NCBI GenBank assembly: GCA_034189125.1
Contig: JAXHVB010000111.1
Span: 2,105 to 66,104, forward strand
Source: Pseudomonadota bacterium
Lineage (GTDB): Bacteria > Pseudomonadota > Gammaproteobacteria > Pseudomonadales > UBA5862
Direction of reading: 5' to 3'
DNA: 64,000 nucleotides
Of the stretch, positions 48,892 through 58,895 are shown one piece after another. The translations under genes and the position numbers were made by a program. Numbering within the stretch: position 1 is the first letter of the stretch; each line of letters begins with the position of its first letter. The notes beneath the pieces are model-generated. The model saw nothing but the letters and a program-made list of their open reading frames with translations, made no database searches and was not told the origin of the DNA.

Positions 48892-49401
48892 ATGCCTACG
48901 AAAAAAGCCACTCCCGCGAAAACCAACGCGGCAACAAAAGCCAAGCCCAAGGCCAAAGCCACACCAAGAGCTGCATCTCGCAAGGCGGCGACCACTGCCC
49001 CCAAAGCGCCAGCGACAGCCGCGCGCGCGAAAGCAAGTCCAGTGAAGCGAGCTGCTCCCCCTGCCTCGCCGCGCAAGGTCACTGCGCTTTCTTCTAAGCT
49101 GAGTAAAACGCAAATCCTGGAAGAGATTGCGGCCAACACCGAGCTGAGCAAGAAAGATGTAGGCGCCGTGCTCGACGAGCTCGGCGTTGTAATCGAACGG
49201 CACATTAAGAAACGGGCGGTTGGCGAATTCACACTGCCCGGCTTATTGAAGATCAAGTCGGTCAAGAAACCTGCACGCCGTGCCCGCAAGAATGTCCCCA
49301 ACCCGTTCAAACCAGGGGAGTTGATGGACGTTGCTGCGAAACCTGCTTCAGTTTCGGTGAAAATCACCCCGCTCAAGAAACTGAAGGAAATGGCGAACTA
49401 G
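48892..49401 (+). CDS. HU/IHF-fold DNA-binding protein with a roughly 75-aa Lys/Ala/Pro-rich N-terminal tail
   Basis: The tail (MPTKKATPAKTNAATKAKPKAKATPRAASRK...) is fused to an HU fold (LSKTQILEEIAANTELSKKDVGAVLDELGVVIERHIKK ... FTLPGLLKIKSVKKPARRARKNVPNPFKPGE). Confidence 0.8.
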   Translation: MPTKKATPAKTNAATKAKPKAKATPRAASRKAATTAPKAPATAARAKASPVKRAAPPASPRKVTALSSKLSKTQILEEIAANTELSKKDVGAVLDELGVVIERHIKKRAVGEFTLPGLLKIKSVKKPARRARKNVPNPFKPGELMDVAAKPASVSVKITPLKKLKEMAN

Positions 49402-49416
49402 CCACACCGCGCCGTG

Positions 49417-49445
49417 AAAAAAGGCCGCCCAAGCGGCCTTTTTTT
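49417..49445 (+). terminator. Rho-independent terminator (bidirectional shape) after the HU-like gene
   Basis: AAAAAA-GGCCGC-CCAA-GCGGCC-TTTTTTT. Confidence 0.8.
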
Positions 49446-49554
49446 ATGCCCGTCGGATACTCAGTCCCCCAAGCGCCAGGCACCGGTATACCCTTAGAGG
49501 GCGACACCGTAAAATTCTCCGGCGATTCCGCCTGAACAACACCCGGGTTTTACC

Positions 49555-51291
49555 ATGCGCACCAGCCAATACCTGCTTTGCACCCTCAAAGAAACTCCGG
49601 CCGAAGCCCAGACGCTCAGCCATCAGTTGATGCTGCGAGCGGGCCTCATCCGCAAACTTGCGTCGGGCCTCTACACCTGGCTGCCTACCGGGCTGCGTGT
49701 GCTGCGCAAGGTCGAAGCCGTCGTGCGGGAGGAAATGAACAGAGCCGGCGCTCAAGAAGTGCTGATGCCCGTCGTTCAACCGGCCGAACTTTGGGAGGAA
49801 ACCGGCCGCTGGGACAAGTTCGGACCGCAGCTGCTGCAGGTGCAAGACCGACACGGACGGGCCTTTTGCATCGGACCAACCCATGAGGAAGTCATCACGG
49901 ACCTGGTGCGATCCGAAGTGCAAAGCCACAACCAGCTGCCACTCAACCTTTACCAGGTCCAGACCAAGTTTCGCGACGAAATCCGGCCGCGCTTTGGCGT
50001 GATGCGCGCACGCGAATTCGTGATGAAGGACGCCTACTCGTTTCACACCTCATTGGACAGCCTGGAGCAAACCTACACCGACATGTACGCGGCCTATTCG
50101 CGCGTCTTCAGCCGCCTCGGCCTCGACTTTCGCGCGGTGCTGGCTGACACCGGCGCGATTGGAGGCTCGGCATCCCACGAGTTCCATGTCCTCGCAGAAT
50201 CGGGCGAAGATGAAATCGCCTTCAGTGATGCAAGTGACTATGCTGCCAATGTCGAGCTGGCCGAAGCCGTTGCGCCGCCAAGCATCCCTCCGAACCCCAA
50301 CCTGGCCCGCGAACGGATCGCGACCCCAGGTGTACGGACGATTGAGCAGCTTTGCGCGTTGCTCGACACACCGGCCACGCACACGGTGAAGACCCTTGTC
50401 GTCGAGGGGGCAAACGGCCACCCGTTGGTCGCCCTGGTCGTGCGCGGGGACCACCGACTCAACCCGACCAAAGCCGAGAAACTCGCAGAAGTCGCAGTAC
50501 CACTGCGCATGGCCACGGAGGATGAGATTCGCGCTGCCGTCGGCTGCGGGCCCGGCTCACTTGGGCCAAGCGGCATCGCACTCCCAGTGATTGTCGACCG
50601 CAGCGCCGCTGCCCTGGGCACCTTCATTGCCGGTGCCAACGAAGACGGTTTCCACCACCAAAACCTGTGCTGGGAACGCGACTGCAGCATTCTTCGCGTA
50701 GAAGACATTCGCCACGTCGAGGCTGGAGACCCAAGCCCCGACGGCAAGGGCCACATCCAGATTCGTCGTGGCATCGAAGTCGGTCACATCTTCCAACTGG
50801 GAACCGTTTACAGTGAAGCGATGAATGCGCAGGTACAGGGGCCGAACGGCTCCAGCCAGGTGTTGCAGATGGGCTGCTATGGAATCGGCGTGTCTCGGGT
50901 GGTCGCCGCGGCCATTGAGCAGCACCATGATGACCGGGGCATTGTCTGGCCGCCGGCCATCGCCCCCTTTATGGTTGCCATCGTTCCAATTGCTTACCAA
51001 AAGTCGGACGCCGTTCGCGAAACCTGCGACGGCTTGTATGCAGCCTTGCAAAATCAAGGCATCGAAGCACTGCTGGACGACCGCGACGAGCGCCCTGGAG
51101 TCAAGTTTGCAGACATCGAATTGTTGGGAATTCCCCACCGCATCGTGATCGGCGAACGGGGCCTGAAAACCAACACGGCCGAGTACCAAGGGCGCCGCGA
51201 CGAAACCGCAACCTCGGTACCCATCGAAGAAGTGGAGGCTTTCCTGAGCGTGAAGGTTCAGCAGCACCTAGAGGAGCCCGCCGGACCGTGA
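49555..51291 (+). CDS. proS: Proline--tRNA ligase
   Basis: [46 protein letters not shown]. 578 aa including an INS editing domain. Confidence 0.96.
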   Translation: MRTSQYLLCTLKETPAEAQTLSHQLMLRAGLIRKLASGLYTWLPTGLRVLRKVEAVVREEMNRAGAQEVLMPVVQPAELWEETGRWDKFGPQLLQVQDRHGRAFCIGPTHEEVITDLVRSEVQSHNQLPLNLYQVQTKFRDEIRPRFGVMRAREFVMKDAYSFHTSLDSLEQTYTDMYAAYSRVFSRLGLDFRAVLADTGAIGGSASHEFHVLAESGEDEIAFSDASDYAANVELAEAVAPPSIPPNPNLARERIATPGVRTIEQLCALLDTPATHTVKTLVVEGANGHPLVALVVRGDHRLNPTKAEKLAEVAVPLRMATEDEIRAAVGCGPGSLGPSGIALPVIVDRSAAALGTFIAGANEDGFHHQNLCWERDCSILRVEDIRHVEAGDPSPDGKGHIQIRRGIEVGHIFQLGTVYSEAMNAQVQGPNGSSQVLQMGCYGIGVSRVVAAAIEQHHDDRGIVWPPAIAPFMVAIVPIAYQKSDAVRETCDGLYAALQNQGIEALLDDRDERPGVKFADIELLGIPHRIVIGERGLKTNTAEYQGRRDETATSVPIEEVEAFLSVKVQQHLEEPAGP

Positions 51292-51911
51292 AGTCATGCG
51301 GATCCAAAGTGTTGATCTGTGTTTCGATCGCACTGTGCTCTCTTTGCGGGCTGCCGGCACTGGCCAACCCGGCGACTCCAGACCCGGACCTGCGGGCCTT
51401 CCTGGAGCGAACCATCAACGACGCCTCTTCTTTTGCAGACCGCTTCGAGGCCGAGGTCTGGCTGATCGATATGGAGCACCGCCTCAAGCCTCTGGTGGCA
51501 AACCGTGCACAGCGCTTCAACATCTTGCGCACCGCCCACCAGGAAGCCCACCGTATGGAGCTGCCGCCCGAGCTGATTCTAGCGCTCATTGAGGTCGAAA
51601 GTGCGTTCGACCGGTTCGCGGTGTCTCGCGCTGGCGCCCAGGGACTCATGCAGGTGATGCCGTTCTGGAAGCAGGAAATCGGTCGGCCTGCCGACAACCT
51701 GACCCAGGTGGAGACCAACCTGCGCTACGGTACGGCCATTCTTGCCCACTACCTAAAGCGCGAGAACGGCAACTTGCACCGTGCACTGGCGCGCTACAAC
51801 GGGAGCTTGGGGAAGAACTGGTATCCGCAGCGGGTATTCACCACCTGGAGACGCAGGTGGTACACCGGCGACCTGGCCATCCAAACGGGTGCCGTGACCG
51901 CAGGGAACTAG
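51288..51911 (+). CDS. Lytic transglycosylase (SLT domain), secreted
   Basis: Signal peptide, then the SLT catalytic region [33 protein letters not shown] start overlaps the proS stop (GTGA). Confidence 0.85.
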   Translation: MKSCGSKVLICVSIALCSLCGLPALANPATPDPDLRAFLERTINDASSFADRFEAEVWLIDMEHRLKPLVANRAQRFNILRTAHQEAHRMELPPELILALIEVESAFDRFAVSRAGAQGLMQVMPFWKQEIGRPADNLTQVETNLRYGTAILAHYLKRENGNLHRALARYNGSLGKNWYPQRVFTTWRRRWYTGDLAIQTGAVTAGN

Positions 51912-51980
51912 GTCCCGCTCGATGGGGTCGACTAGGGACCCCGCCGCGCTGCGGCCCGACAACCCACTCCGGAGGCCTTT

Positions 51981-52706
51981 ATGCACCGCCCCTCCTCCAC
52001 GGACAACTGGATTCAATCGGCCTTAGAACCTCGTCAGCAACCCCGTTCAACCCGCAGATTCAGGGTGTGGACCTCCCGTGAATTCGAGCGGGTCATTCGG
52101 CAGCTCATTGTCGACGGACCCCAGCCCGCAGAGGCATACAAGCGCCACCGGATTGCGACCCACCCTCGATCTCGCGTGGTGGTTTACCAATCACCGAACC
52201 ATGCTTGGGTGCTCAAGCGCTTCAACGTACTGCCTGACAAGAAAGCCAAGCGCGCGGTGACCCGAAGCCTTGGGCGACGGGCATGGAATGCGGCCCTGGC
52301 ATTGCAACGGCTTGGCCTTCATACTCCCCGTACGTTAGCACTCGCGGAAGAACGCTGGGCAACGTGCCTGCGAGGTACCTCCTACCTGGTCAGCGAGTAC
52401 ATTGCTGCTCCCACACTGGGTCAAATCATGCGCAACTCGCGATCCTCCCATGGAGATCGCGTCGAATTGCTGCGACTTGTCGTGAGCAACGTGCGAAAGC
52501 TCCATAATGCTGGCTTCATCCACGGTGACCTACGCGCCGACAACCTGCTGATCGACAAGGATCGGCTGTTTTTCATTGACTTGGACGCGTTTTCTCGCCG
52601 GTGCCATCCTCGCCACTGGCGCTCCGGAGTCGAGAACGAATGGCGGCGTCTTGGCAGGACACTCAATGAACCCGACAGACAGGTGCTGACCGAACTGCTC
52701 GCGTAA
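51981..52706 (+). CDS. Lipopolysaccharide kinase (Kdo/WaaP)-family protein kinase-like protein
   Basis: Kinase-like core: SYLVSEYIAAPTLG, catalytic loop FIHGDLRADNLLI, and FFIDLD. Confidence 0.7.
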   Translation: MHRPSSTDNWIQSALEPRQQPRSTRRFRVWTSREFERVIRQLIVDGPQPAEAYKRHRIATHPRSRVVVYQSPNHAWVLKRFNVLPDKKAKRAVTRSLGRRAWNAALALQRLGLHTPRTLALAEERWATCLRGTSYLVSEYIAAPTLGQIMRNSRSSHGDRVELLRLVVSNVRKLHNAGFIHGDLRADNLLIDKDRLFFIDLDAFSRRCHPRHWRSGVENEWRRLGRTLNEPDRQVLTELLA

Positions 52707-52752
52707 CCGCGCGCGGCCAGTCGTCCCCAAATGTCCCCGGCCAACCCGCACT

Positions 52753-53106
52753 CTACTCAACCCGAAAGCCCGTGCACTTGCAGAAAGGCACCCGCTTGAC
52801 CTCAACCGCCTCCACCCGCGCACGCACCGGCCCCTTGTGAAGCCAGGCCACCACTTCCTCCACGGCGTCGTGCGCACCGCAGAGCAGTACCTCCACGCGG
52901 CCATCGTCAAGGTTCTTCGCCCAACCAGAAAGCCCCCGACGTTCGGCCAGGCGCTTGGTAGAAGCCCGAAACCAAACCCCCTGGACCTTTCCAGAGACAA
53001 AAACGTGTACGCAAGCGCCAGTCAAATCGAACCCGATCCCATTTGTTTTTGCCCGACTCCTATGTAAGCATAGCTCCAGAACCGGGTCGGTTGACGGCCC
53101 CACCAC
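52753..53106 (-). CDS. Acylphosphatase
   Basis: VHVFVSGKVQGVWFRASTKRLAERRGLSGWAKNLDDGRVEVLLCG. The true start is probably the TTG at 53025, giving about 90 aa, the usual family length. Confidence 0.8.
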   Translation of the reverse strand: MVGPSTDPVLELCLHRSRAKTNGIGFDLTGACVHVFVSGKVQGVWFRASTKRLAERRGLSGWAKNLDDGRVEVLLCGAHDAVEEVVAWLHKGPVRARVEAVEVKRVPFCKCTGFRVE

Positions 53107-53136
53107 CGACCTGTTTGCAGAGTGTCACTCCACACC

Positions 53137-53610
53137 ATGTCGAGCGCTGAAATCAAAGTGGAAACCCTGGGCCCAGAGGCGAAAGCCTACCTGGACCTCA
53201 TCAAAGGACTGAAGGCAGACTTCGAAGCGCGAGGCGTTCTACTCAAGGGAAGCCGAACCAAGTCTGAAGCCAAATGGACCAGCGTGTTCATCGAAGTGTC
53301 CCCAGGTGTCGAACTGGGGCTGGTCGGCCAGTTGATGGACCTGGTCGCGGCGCTGGTCGATCCGGACACAAGTGACCAGCCCGGACCCGACCTCAGCATT
53401 TTTGTTCGCGGGTCCGACGTGTTTTTCAACCTGCCTGCCCAACGTGATGCGTTTTTGAAGCGCTACGCCCGTGCAAGCCAGGCAGCCAGCCCCTCCTCAA
53501 AGACACCCGAAAAAGATGCGCCTGCAGCGGGCAAACCCCAGCGTGCGAGCACCAAGGCCCGCAAGGGAAAGGCGACCAAGAAAAATGGCCGCGAAGCACT
53601 GATCGACTGA
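53137..53610 (+). CDS. Hypothetical protein with a Lys/Ala/Pro-rich basic C-terminal tail
   Basis: Coding-type third-position GC bias. No recognised motif. Tail: SPSSKTPEKDAPAAGKPQRASTKARKGKATKKNG. Confidence 0.5.
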   Translation: MSSAEIKVETLGPEAKAYLDLIKGLKADFEARGVLLKGSRTKSEAKWTSVFIEVSPGVELGLVGQLMDLVAALVDPDTSDQPGPDLSIFVRGSDVFFNLPAQRDAFLKRYARASQAASPSSKTPEKDAPAAGKPQRASTKARKGKATKKNGREALID

Positions 53611-53653
53611 GTCTTTTGCGGACCGGCTGTCCAGGCACCGCAGCCCCCAAACG

Positions 53654-55177
53654 TCACTGAACTTCCAGTCTCTGCGCAGCGATGCGTGCCTTCCACGCCG
53701 CCGGTCCGGTCTTGTGAACGGACTCCCCCTGCGCGTCGACCGCCACGGTGACTGGCATGTCACAGACTTCAAATTCGTGAATGGCCTCCATACCAAGCTC
53801 CTCGAGCGCCACGACGCGAGCGCTCCGAATCGCCTTGGAAACCAAATACGCAGCGCCGCCGACCGCCATGAGGTACACGGCCCGGTGGCGCGCGATCGCC
53901 TCGATGGCACTGTCACCCCGCTCAGCCTTGCCCACCATGCCAAGCAGCCCGGTCTGGGACAGCATCTGGTCGGTGAACTTGTCCATGCGGGTGGATGTGG
54001 TGGGCCCGGCAGGGCCGACCACTTCTTCACCCACCGGGTCGACCGGCCCCACGTAGTAAATGAACCGATTGTTGAAGTCCACCCCATCTGGAAGCGGCTC
54101 CCCCCGCGAAAGCAAGTCGGTCAACCGCTTGTGCGCTGCATCGCGCCCCGTCAGCATCTTGCCGGACAGCAACAGCGTCTCACCCGGCTTCCAGCTGGCC
54201 ACCTCATCGCGCGTGACGGTGTCAAGGTTCACGCGCCGCGCGCCGGCACCTGGCACCCAGGTCACCTCTGGCCAATCGCTGAGGCTGGGCGGTTCAAGCA
54301 CCGCAGGGCCTGATCCGTCGAGAACAAAGTGGGCGTGGCGGGTTGCGGCGCAGTTCGGGATCATCGCCACTGGCAGCGACGCCGCGTGGGTCGGGTAGTC
54401 TTTGATCTTGATGTCCAGCACCGTGGTCAGGCCGCCCAATCCCTGAGCGCCAATGCCGAGCGCATTCACTGCATCAAAAATCTCAAGACGCAACTCTTCC
54501 AGCCGGTTCTCCGGGCCACGTTGACGCAACACCTGGATATCCACTGGATCCATCAGTGACTCTTTGGCCAACACCGCAGCTTTTTCCGCTGTACCGCCGA
54601 TCCCGATGCCAAGCATCCCTGGCGGGCACCATCCGGCGCCCATTCCTGGAACCGTGCGCACGACCCAGTCGACAATGCTGTCGCTGGGATTGAGCATGGC
54701 CAGCTTGGCCTTGTTTTCAGACCCGCCACCCTTTGCGGCAACCGTGAAGTCAACGGTGTTGCCTGGCACCAGGCGGGTGTGGACCACCGCCGGGGTATTG
54801 TCTCTGGTGTTGCGACGCGAACCTGCCGGGTCGGCCAGGATGGAGGCCCGCAAGACATTGTCCGGGTGGGTGTAGGCCCGCCTCACTCCCGCATTGATCA
54901 TCGCTTCCAGGTCCATTTCGGCATCCCAGCGCACGTCCATGCCGACATTGACGAAGACGGTGACAATCCCGGTGTCCTGGCAGATCGGACGGTGGCCTTC
55001 GGCGCACATGCGCGAGTTGATCAGAATTTGCGCCATGGCGTCTTTGGCGGCTGCGGACTCCTCTGCCTCGTAAGCTGTGTGAACAGCCTGGATGAAGTCG
55101 AGCGGATGGTAGTAGGAGATAAACTGCAAGGCGTCGGCGACACTGTCGATCACATCCTGCTGGCGAATTGAACTCAT
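53654..55177 (-). CDS. fumA: Class I (Fe-S dependent) fumarate hydratase
   Basis: About 507 aa with MSSIRQQDVIDSV ... RPICQDTGIVTVF and both alpha and beta hydro-lyase regions. ATG at 55177. Confidence 0.92.
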   Translation of the reverse strand: MSSIRQQDVIDSVADALQFISYYHPLDFIQAVHTAYEAEESAAAKDAMAQILINSRMCAEGHRPICQDTGIVTVFVNVGMDVRWDAEMDLEAMINAGVRRAYTHPDNVLRASILADPAGSRRNTRDNTPAVVHTRLVPGNTVDFTVAAKGGGSENKAKLAMLNPSDSIVDWVVRTVPGMGAGWCPPGMLGIGIGGTAEKAAVLAKESLMDPVDIQVLRQRGPENRLEELRLEIFDAVNALGIGAQGLGGLTTVLDIKIKDYPTHAASLPVAMIPNCAATRHAHFVLDGSGPAVLEPPSLSDWPEVTWVPGAGARRVNLDTVTRDEVASWKPGETLLLSGKMLTGRDAAHKRLTDLLSRGEPLPDGVDFNNRFIYYVGPVDPVGEEVVGPAGPTTSTRMDKFTDQMLSQTGLLGMVGKAERGDSAIEAIARHRAVYLMAVGGAAYLVSKAIRSARVVALEELGMEAIHEFEVCDMPVTVAVDAQGESVHKTGPAAWKARIAAQRLEVQ

Positions 55178-55273
55178 CGGCGCGGTTCCTGGTTGGTCCT
55201 GTTCGAGCACATGGGGCCATTGTAGCTGCGCAGGCGTAGGGGGCGTCCCGCGCTCCGGCGACAGGGGGCCGGA

Positions 55274-56071
55274 CTAGGGTGGGGAGACGCCCTGCTGGAG
55301 TTGCTGTACGGCCATCCGCAGCTCCTGCAGGGACCGGTTTAGTTGCAGCCGCTGCTGATCGAACGCGGCCACGCCCTGCTCCACCTGCTGCAGGCGGCTC
55401 TGAAAATCCGCGACCAGGCCCGGATCGAGCTGCTGTACCGTCACCAACTGTTCTTCGACTGCGGCCAACCGCGGTGCCAGGCCAGCGAGCTGTTCCCTGG
55501 CTTGAGACTGCGCGCGCTCAGCCGCACTGCCGACTGCCTGGAGCTCTTTGCCCAGTTCGCGCAACCGGCCCGCCTGCTGCGATGCGGTTTGCTCAGACTG
55601 CTTGAGGCGACTTTCAAGTGCGCTCAACTGCTCACCTTGCTCTGCGATGGCCGTGCGGTTGCGGTTGTACGCCACGTTCCAAAGCTTGCGAATCTCCGAA
55701 TCAAAGAACTTGAATTTTTCCTCCAGGGTTCCACCGGTTTGTTCCATCGCGGCATCGGCCTTGTCGAGTTGCTCTTCCAGCTGCTGCTTGTCCGCTTCAA
55801 GCGCTTGGATGCGCGCACTCAACTTGGACAGGTTTGCCTCGGACTGCACACCGCGCCAGCCCAACCAGCCAACACCTAAGAACAAGGCGGCCAGCGTCAC
55901 CACGAGCAGAACACGCGCCACACCGCCACCGGTCTTGCCTGTCTGTTTGGGCACCTGAGCAGGCCGACCACCTCCAGCGCGGGGAGAGCGACGTTGCTGG
56001 TAGCGAGCAATTTCGTCGGAAGCGGGTGCGATGCGCGCCGCATCCGGCCCTTTGGGGTCATGTTGTGCCAT
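55274..56071 (-). CDS. Hypothetical single-pass membrane protein with a long coiled-coil domain
   Basis: Basic N-terminus, one TM (VLLVVTLAALFLGVGWLGW), then about 190 aa of heptad-like Q/E/L/A-rich sequence. Confidence 0.55.
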   Translation of the reverse strand: MAQHDPKGPDAARIAPASDEIARYQQRRSPRAGGGRPAQVPKQTGKTGGGVARVLLVVTLAALFLGVGWLGWRGVQSEANLSKLSARIQALEADKQQLEEQLDKADAAMEQTGGTLEEKFKFFDSEIRKLWNVAYNRNRTAIAEQGEQLSALESRLKQSEQTASQQAGRLRELGKELQAVGSAAERAQSQAREQLAGLAPRLAAVEEQLVTVQQLDPGLVADFQSRLQQVEQGVAAFDQQRLQLNRSLQELRMAVQQLQQGVSPP

Positions 56072-56151
56072 ATGGAGTCACGCCAAACAGTGCGAAGAGG
56101 TGGCCAGTGTACCCATCCGCGCTGGGGGTGCAAATGCGCGCGTGGATCCTT

Positions 56152-57618
56152 TTACGAAGGCCGGTAGGCACCGCGAAACGTCTGGCCCACCGCCAGTATT
56201 CGCAGGGTGTTGGTGGCGCCGGGAAAACCTCGGGAGTCACCCTCGGTGACCATAACGAGGTCGCCAGGCTGCACCACACCCCGACGCTCCAGCAAGTCGA
56301 CCGCTTCCTTATTGACCGCATCTTCAGGGACTTCGGTGCAGTCGTAGTGCACGCCTTCGACACCGCGAAACACTGCGACCCGGCGCAGGGTTTCGGGGTG
56401 GCGGGACAACGCATATATGGGCTGCACTGACGCGATGCGGGACATCCACAAGGGTGTCGAGCCCGACTCGGTGAGTGAGATCACGGCACGCACACCGGGC
56501 AGATGGTTGGCGATGTACATGGTCCCCATGGCGATGGCTTCGTCGACCCGGCCGAACTCGGTATCGACCCGGTAGGTGGACGACCGTGCCGATGAGTATT
56601 TTTCCGCCCCCAGACAGACGCGGGCCATGGCGTGAACCGCCTCAACCGGATACCTGCCCACGGCGCTTTCCGCGGACAACATGACGGCATCGGTCCCATC
56701 CAGCACCGCATTCGCCACATCGAACACTTCCGCTCGGGTGGGCACTGGGTTCTCGATCATGGATTCCATCATCTGGGTTGCCGTGATGACGACTCGGTTG
56801 AGGGTGTAGGCCCTGCGAATGATCTGTTTTTGCAATCCGACCAGTTCCCAGTCGCCGACCTCCACGCCCAAGTCACCGCGGGCCACCATCACTGCGTCTG
56901 CGGCCTGAATGATCTCATCCAGCACCTGCCCGTCGGCAACCGCGTCGGCACGTTCAATCTTTGCAACCAGGCCGGCATTGCAGCCAGCTGATTGCAACAA
57001 CGCCCGCCCTTCTTCCATGTCGCGGGCATTGCGCACGAAGGAGATCGCCACATAGTCGGCGCCGAGCGCTGCCGCCGAAAACATGTCTTCGCGGTCCTTG
57101 GCGGTCAGTGCCGGTGCCGCGAGGCCGCCGCCCTTGCGGTTGATGCCCTTGTTGTTGCCGAGCTCTCCACCGATGACGACTTGGGTTTCGATTCGTGTGT
57201 CCACCACGTCGGTCACCCGCAGTTCGATGTACCCGTCGGCCAGCAACAGCGTGTCTCCAGGCTCGCAATCAGCGGGCAGTCCCGGGTAATCGATGCCCAC
57301 CTGGTGCACGTCGCCGGCGTCAGGTGCCAACGCAGCATCCAATACGAAGCTGTCACCAGGTTTTAACGTAATGGGGCCGTCCCTGAACCTCGCGATGCGA
57401 ATCTTAGGGCCCTGCAAGTCGACCAGAATGGCGACATTCAGGCCCAACTCATCGCGCAACCTGCACACATTGCGTGCACGTTCGAGCTGTGTGGCGGTGT
57501 CGCCATGAGAAAAATTCAGCCGCACCATATTCACCCCGGCGCTCAGCAGACGCTCAAGCACCTGTGGGTCGTCCGTGGCAGGACCTAAGGTGGCGACGAT
57601 CTTGGTTCTACGGAGCAT
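56152..57618 (-). CDS. pyk: Pyruvate kinase
   Basis: MLRRTKIVATLGPATDDP ... VNMVRLNFSHG ... MVARGDLGVEV. Confidence 0.95.
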   Translation of the reverse strand: MLRRTKIVATLGPATDDPQVLERLLSAGVNMVRLNFSHGDTATQLERARNVCRLRDELGLNVAILVDLQGPKIRIARFRDGPITLKPGDSFVLDAALAPDAGDVHQVGIDYPGLPADCEPGDTLLLADGYIELRVTDVVDTRIETQVVIGGELGNNKGINRKGGGLAAPALTAKDREDMFSAAALGADYVAISFVRNARDMEEGRALLQSAGCNAGLVAKIERADAVADGQVLDEIIQAADAVMVARGDLGVEVGDWELVGLQKQIIRRAYTLNRVVITATQMMESMIENPVPTRAEVFDVANAVLDGTDAVMLSAESAVGRYPVEAVHAMARVCLGAEKYSSARSSTYRVDTEFGRVDEAIAMGTMYIANHLPGVRAVISLTESGSTPLWMSRIASVQPIYALSRHPETLRRVAVFRGVEGVHYDCTEVPEDAVNKEAVDLLERRGVVQPGDLVMVTEGDSRGFPGATNTLRILAVGQTFRGAYRPS

Positions 57619-57788
57619 GGCGGATCACCTGGACGCACACAGATCAGAAATCGGGCCGGTGAATCGAACCGCGAAACGCCGGATGAGCACCCTGGACCAA
57701 GCAAGGTATGTACCCGAAGCTCCCGGGGGATCGGGGCGTGGCGCCCAGAACCGATTTGGCTCCTGCGCCAAGCCCCAGTGCGTGGCGG

Positions 57789-58691
57789 TCAGGCCAGCCC
57801 GGCAATCTTCATGGCAGGCACCATGGATTCCTGGGTGTTGGTTGGGTGGGTGGAGTCGGTGAAGTCACCGATCTGCCCCCACTTGGCGGCAATGTCGTCG
57901 GGCCCGAAATCGCCATCACGGGAGAACTCAGCGCCCTGGGTGCGCTCCCAGCGAAGCCGGCCAACCCAGCCTGCGCCCACCTCAAACAGCGCGCCTGAGT
58001 CTTCATTGGCTTCGCTGCACAGGTACCCGACGAGCGGACTGACACATTCCGGTTTCAGTGCGTCCAACAGCTCCTTGGGCATGACGGTTGCCGTCAGCCG
58101 TGACCCGGCGATGGGCGCGATGGAGTTCACTTTGATGTTCTTGGACGCGCCTTCCTGAGCCAGGCTTTGGGTCATGCCGTGCAGGCCGAGCTTCGCCATC
58201 GCATAGTTGACCTGACCAAAATTGCCGTAGATTCCAGCGGCAGACACAGTGTTTACCACGCGGCCGTACTGGTTTTCACGCATCACAGGCCATGCTGCTT
58301 TCAGCACGCGGAAGGCACCCAACACGTGCACGCGGTAGATGAGGTCCCAGTCTTCCTCGGACATTTTGTGGAAGCTCTTGTCCCGCAAAATGCCGGCGTT
58401 GTTGACCACGATATCGACCCGGCCGAAGGCGTCCATTGCGGTCTGGATGATCTTGTCACCGTCTTCTACCGAGTCGTAGTTCGCAACCGCTTCTCCGCCA
58501 GCAGCCTTGATCTCATCGACCACGACATCTGCAGCGCGCTGGTCCGAACCACCCCCAAAAATGTCACCACCCAGATCGTTGACCACGACCTTGGCACCCA
58601 AAGCCCCCAACATGCGGGCGTGGCTCTTCCCGAGGCCATTGCCTGCGCCGGTCACCACCGCAACCCGGTCGTCGAATCGAATCTTAGACAT
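57789..58691 (-). CDS. Short-chain dehydrogenase/reductase resembling the (R)-3-hydroxyacyl-CoA dehydrogenase domain of multifunctional enzyme type 2
   Basis: VAVVTGAGNGLGK, NNAGILRD, catalytic YAMAK, and overall collinearity with MFE-2 N-domains from memory (FDDRVAVVTGAG ... VVNDLGG). Confidence 0.88.
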   Translation of the reverse strand: MSKIRFDDRVAVVTGAGNGLGKSHARMLGALGAKVVVNDLGGDIFGGGSDQRAADVVVDEIKAAGGEAVANYDSVEDGDKIIQTAMDAFGRVDIVVNNAGILRDKSFHKMSEEDWDLIYRVHVLGAFRVLKAAWPVMRENQYGRVVNTVSAAGIYGNFGQVNYAMAKLGLHGMTQSLAQEGASKNIKVNSIAPIAGSRLTATVMPKELLDALKPECVSPLVGYLCSEANEDSGALFEVGAGWVGRLRWERTQGAEFSRDGDFGPDDIAAKWGQIGDFTDSTHPTNTQESMVPAMKIAGLA

Positions 58692-58895
58692 GCGCTACTC
58701 CTGTACTTATTGAGTTTTGAGTTATGCCGTTCTTGGTTGAAGCCATCCCTGCCGGCGGCGCTCAAAAAAGGCCAAGCGAACAAGGTCGTCGGATTATCCC
58801 ACAAAGACTTCGGCCGCAGCGACCGGCGCCAGCAGACCCAGGTCAAGCCCGCTATGATGTGTCCTTTTTGATTCGGCAAGGCCCTGGAATCGACC

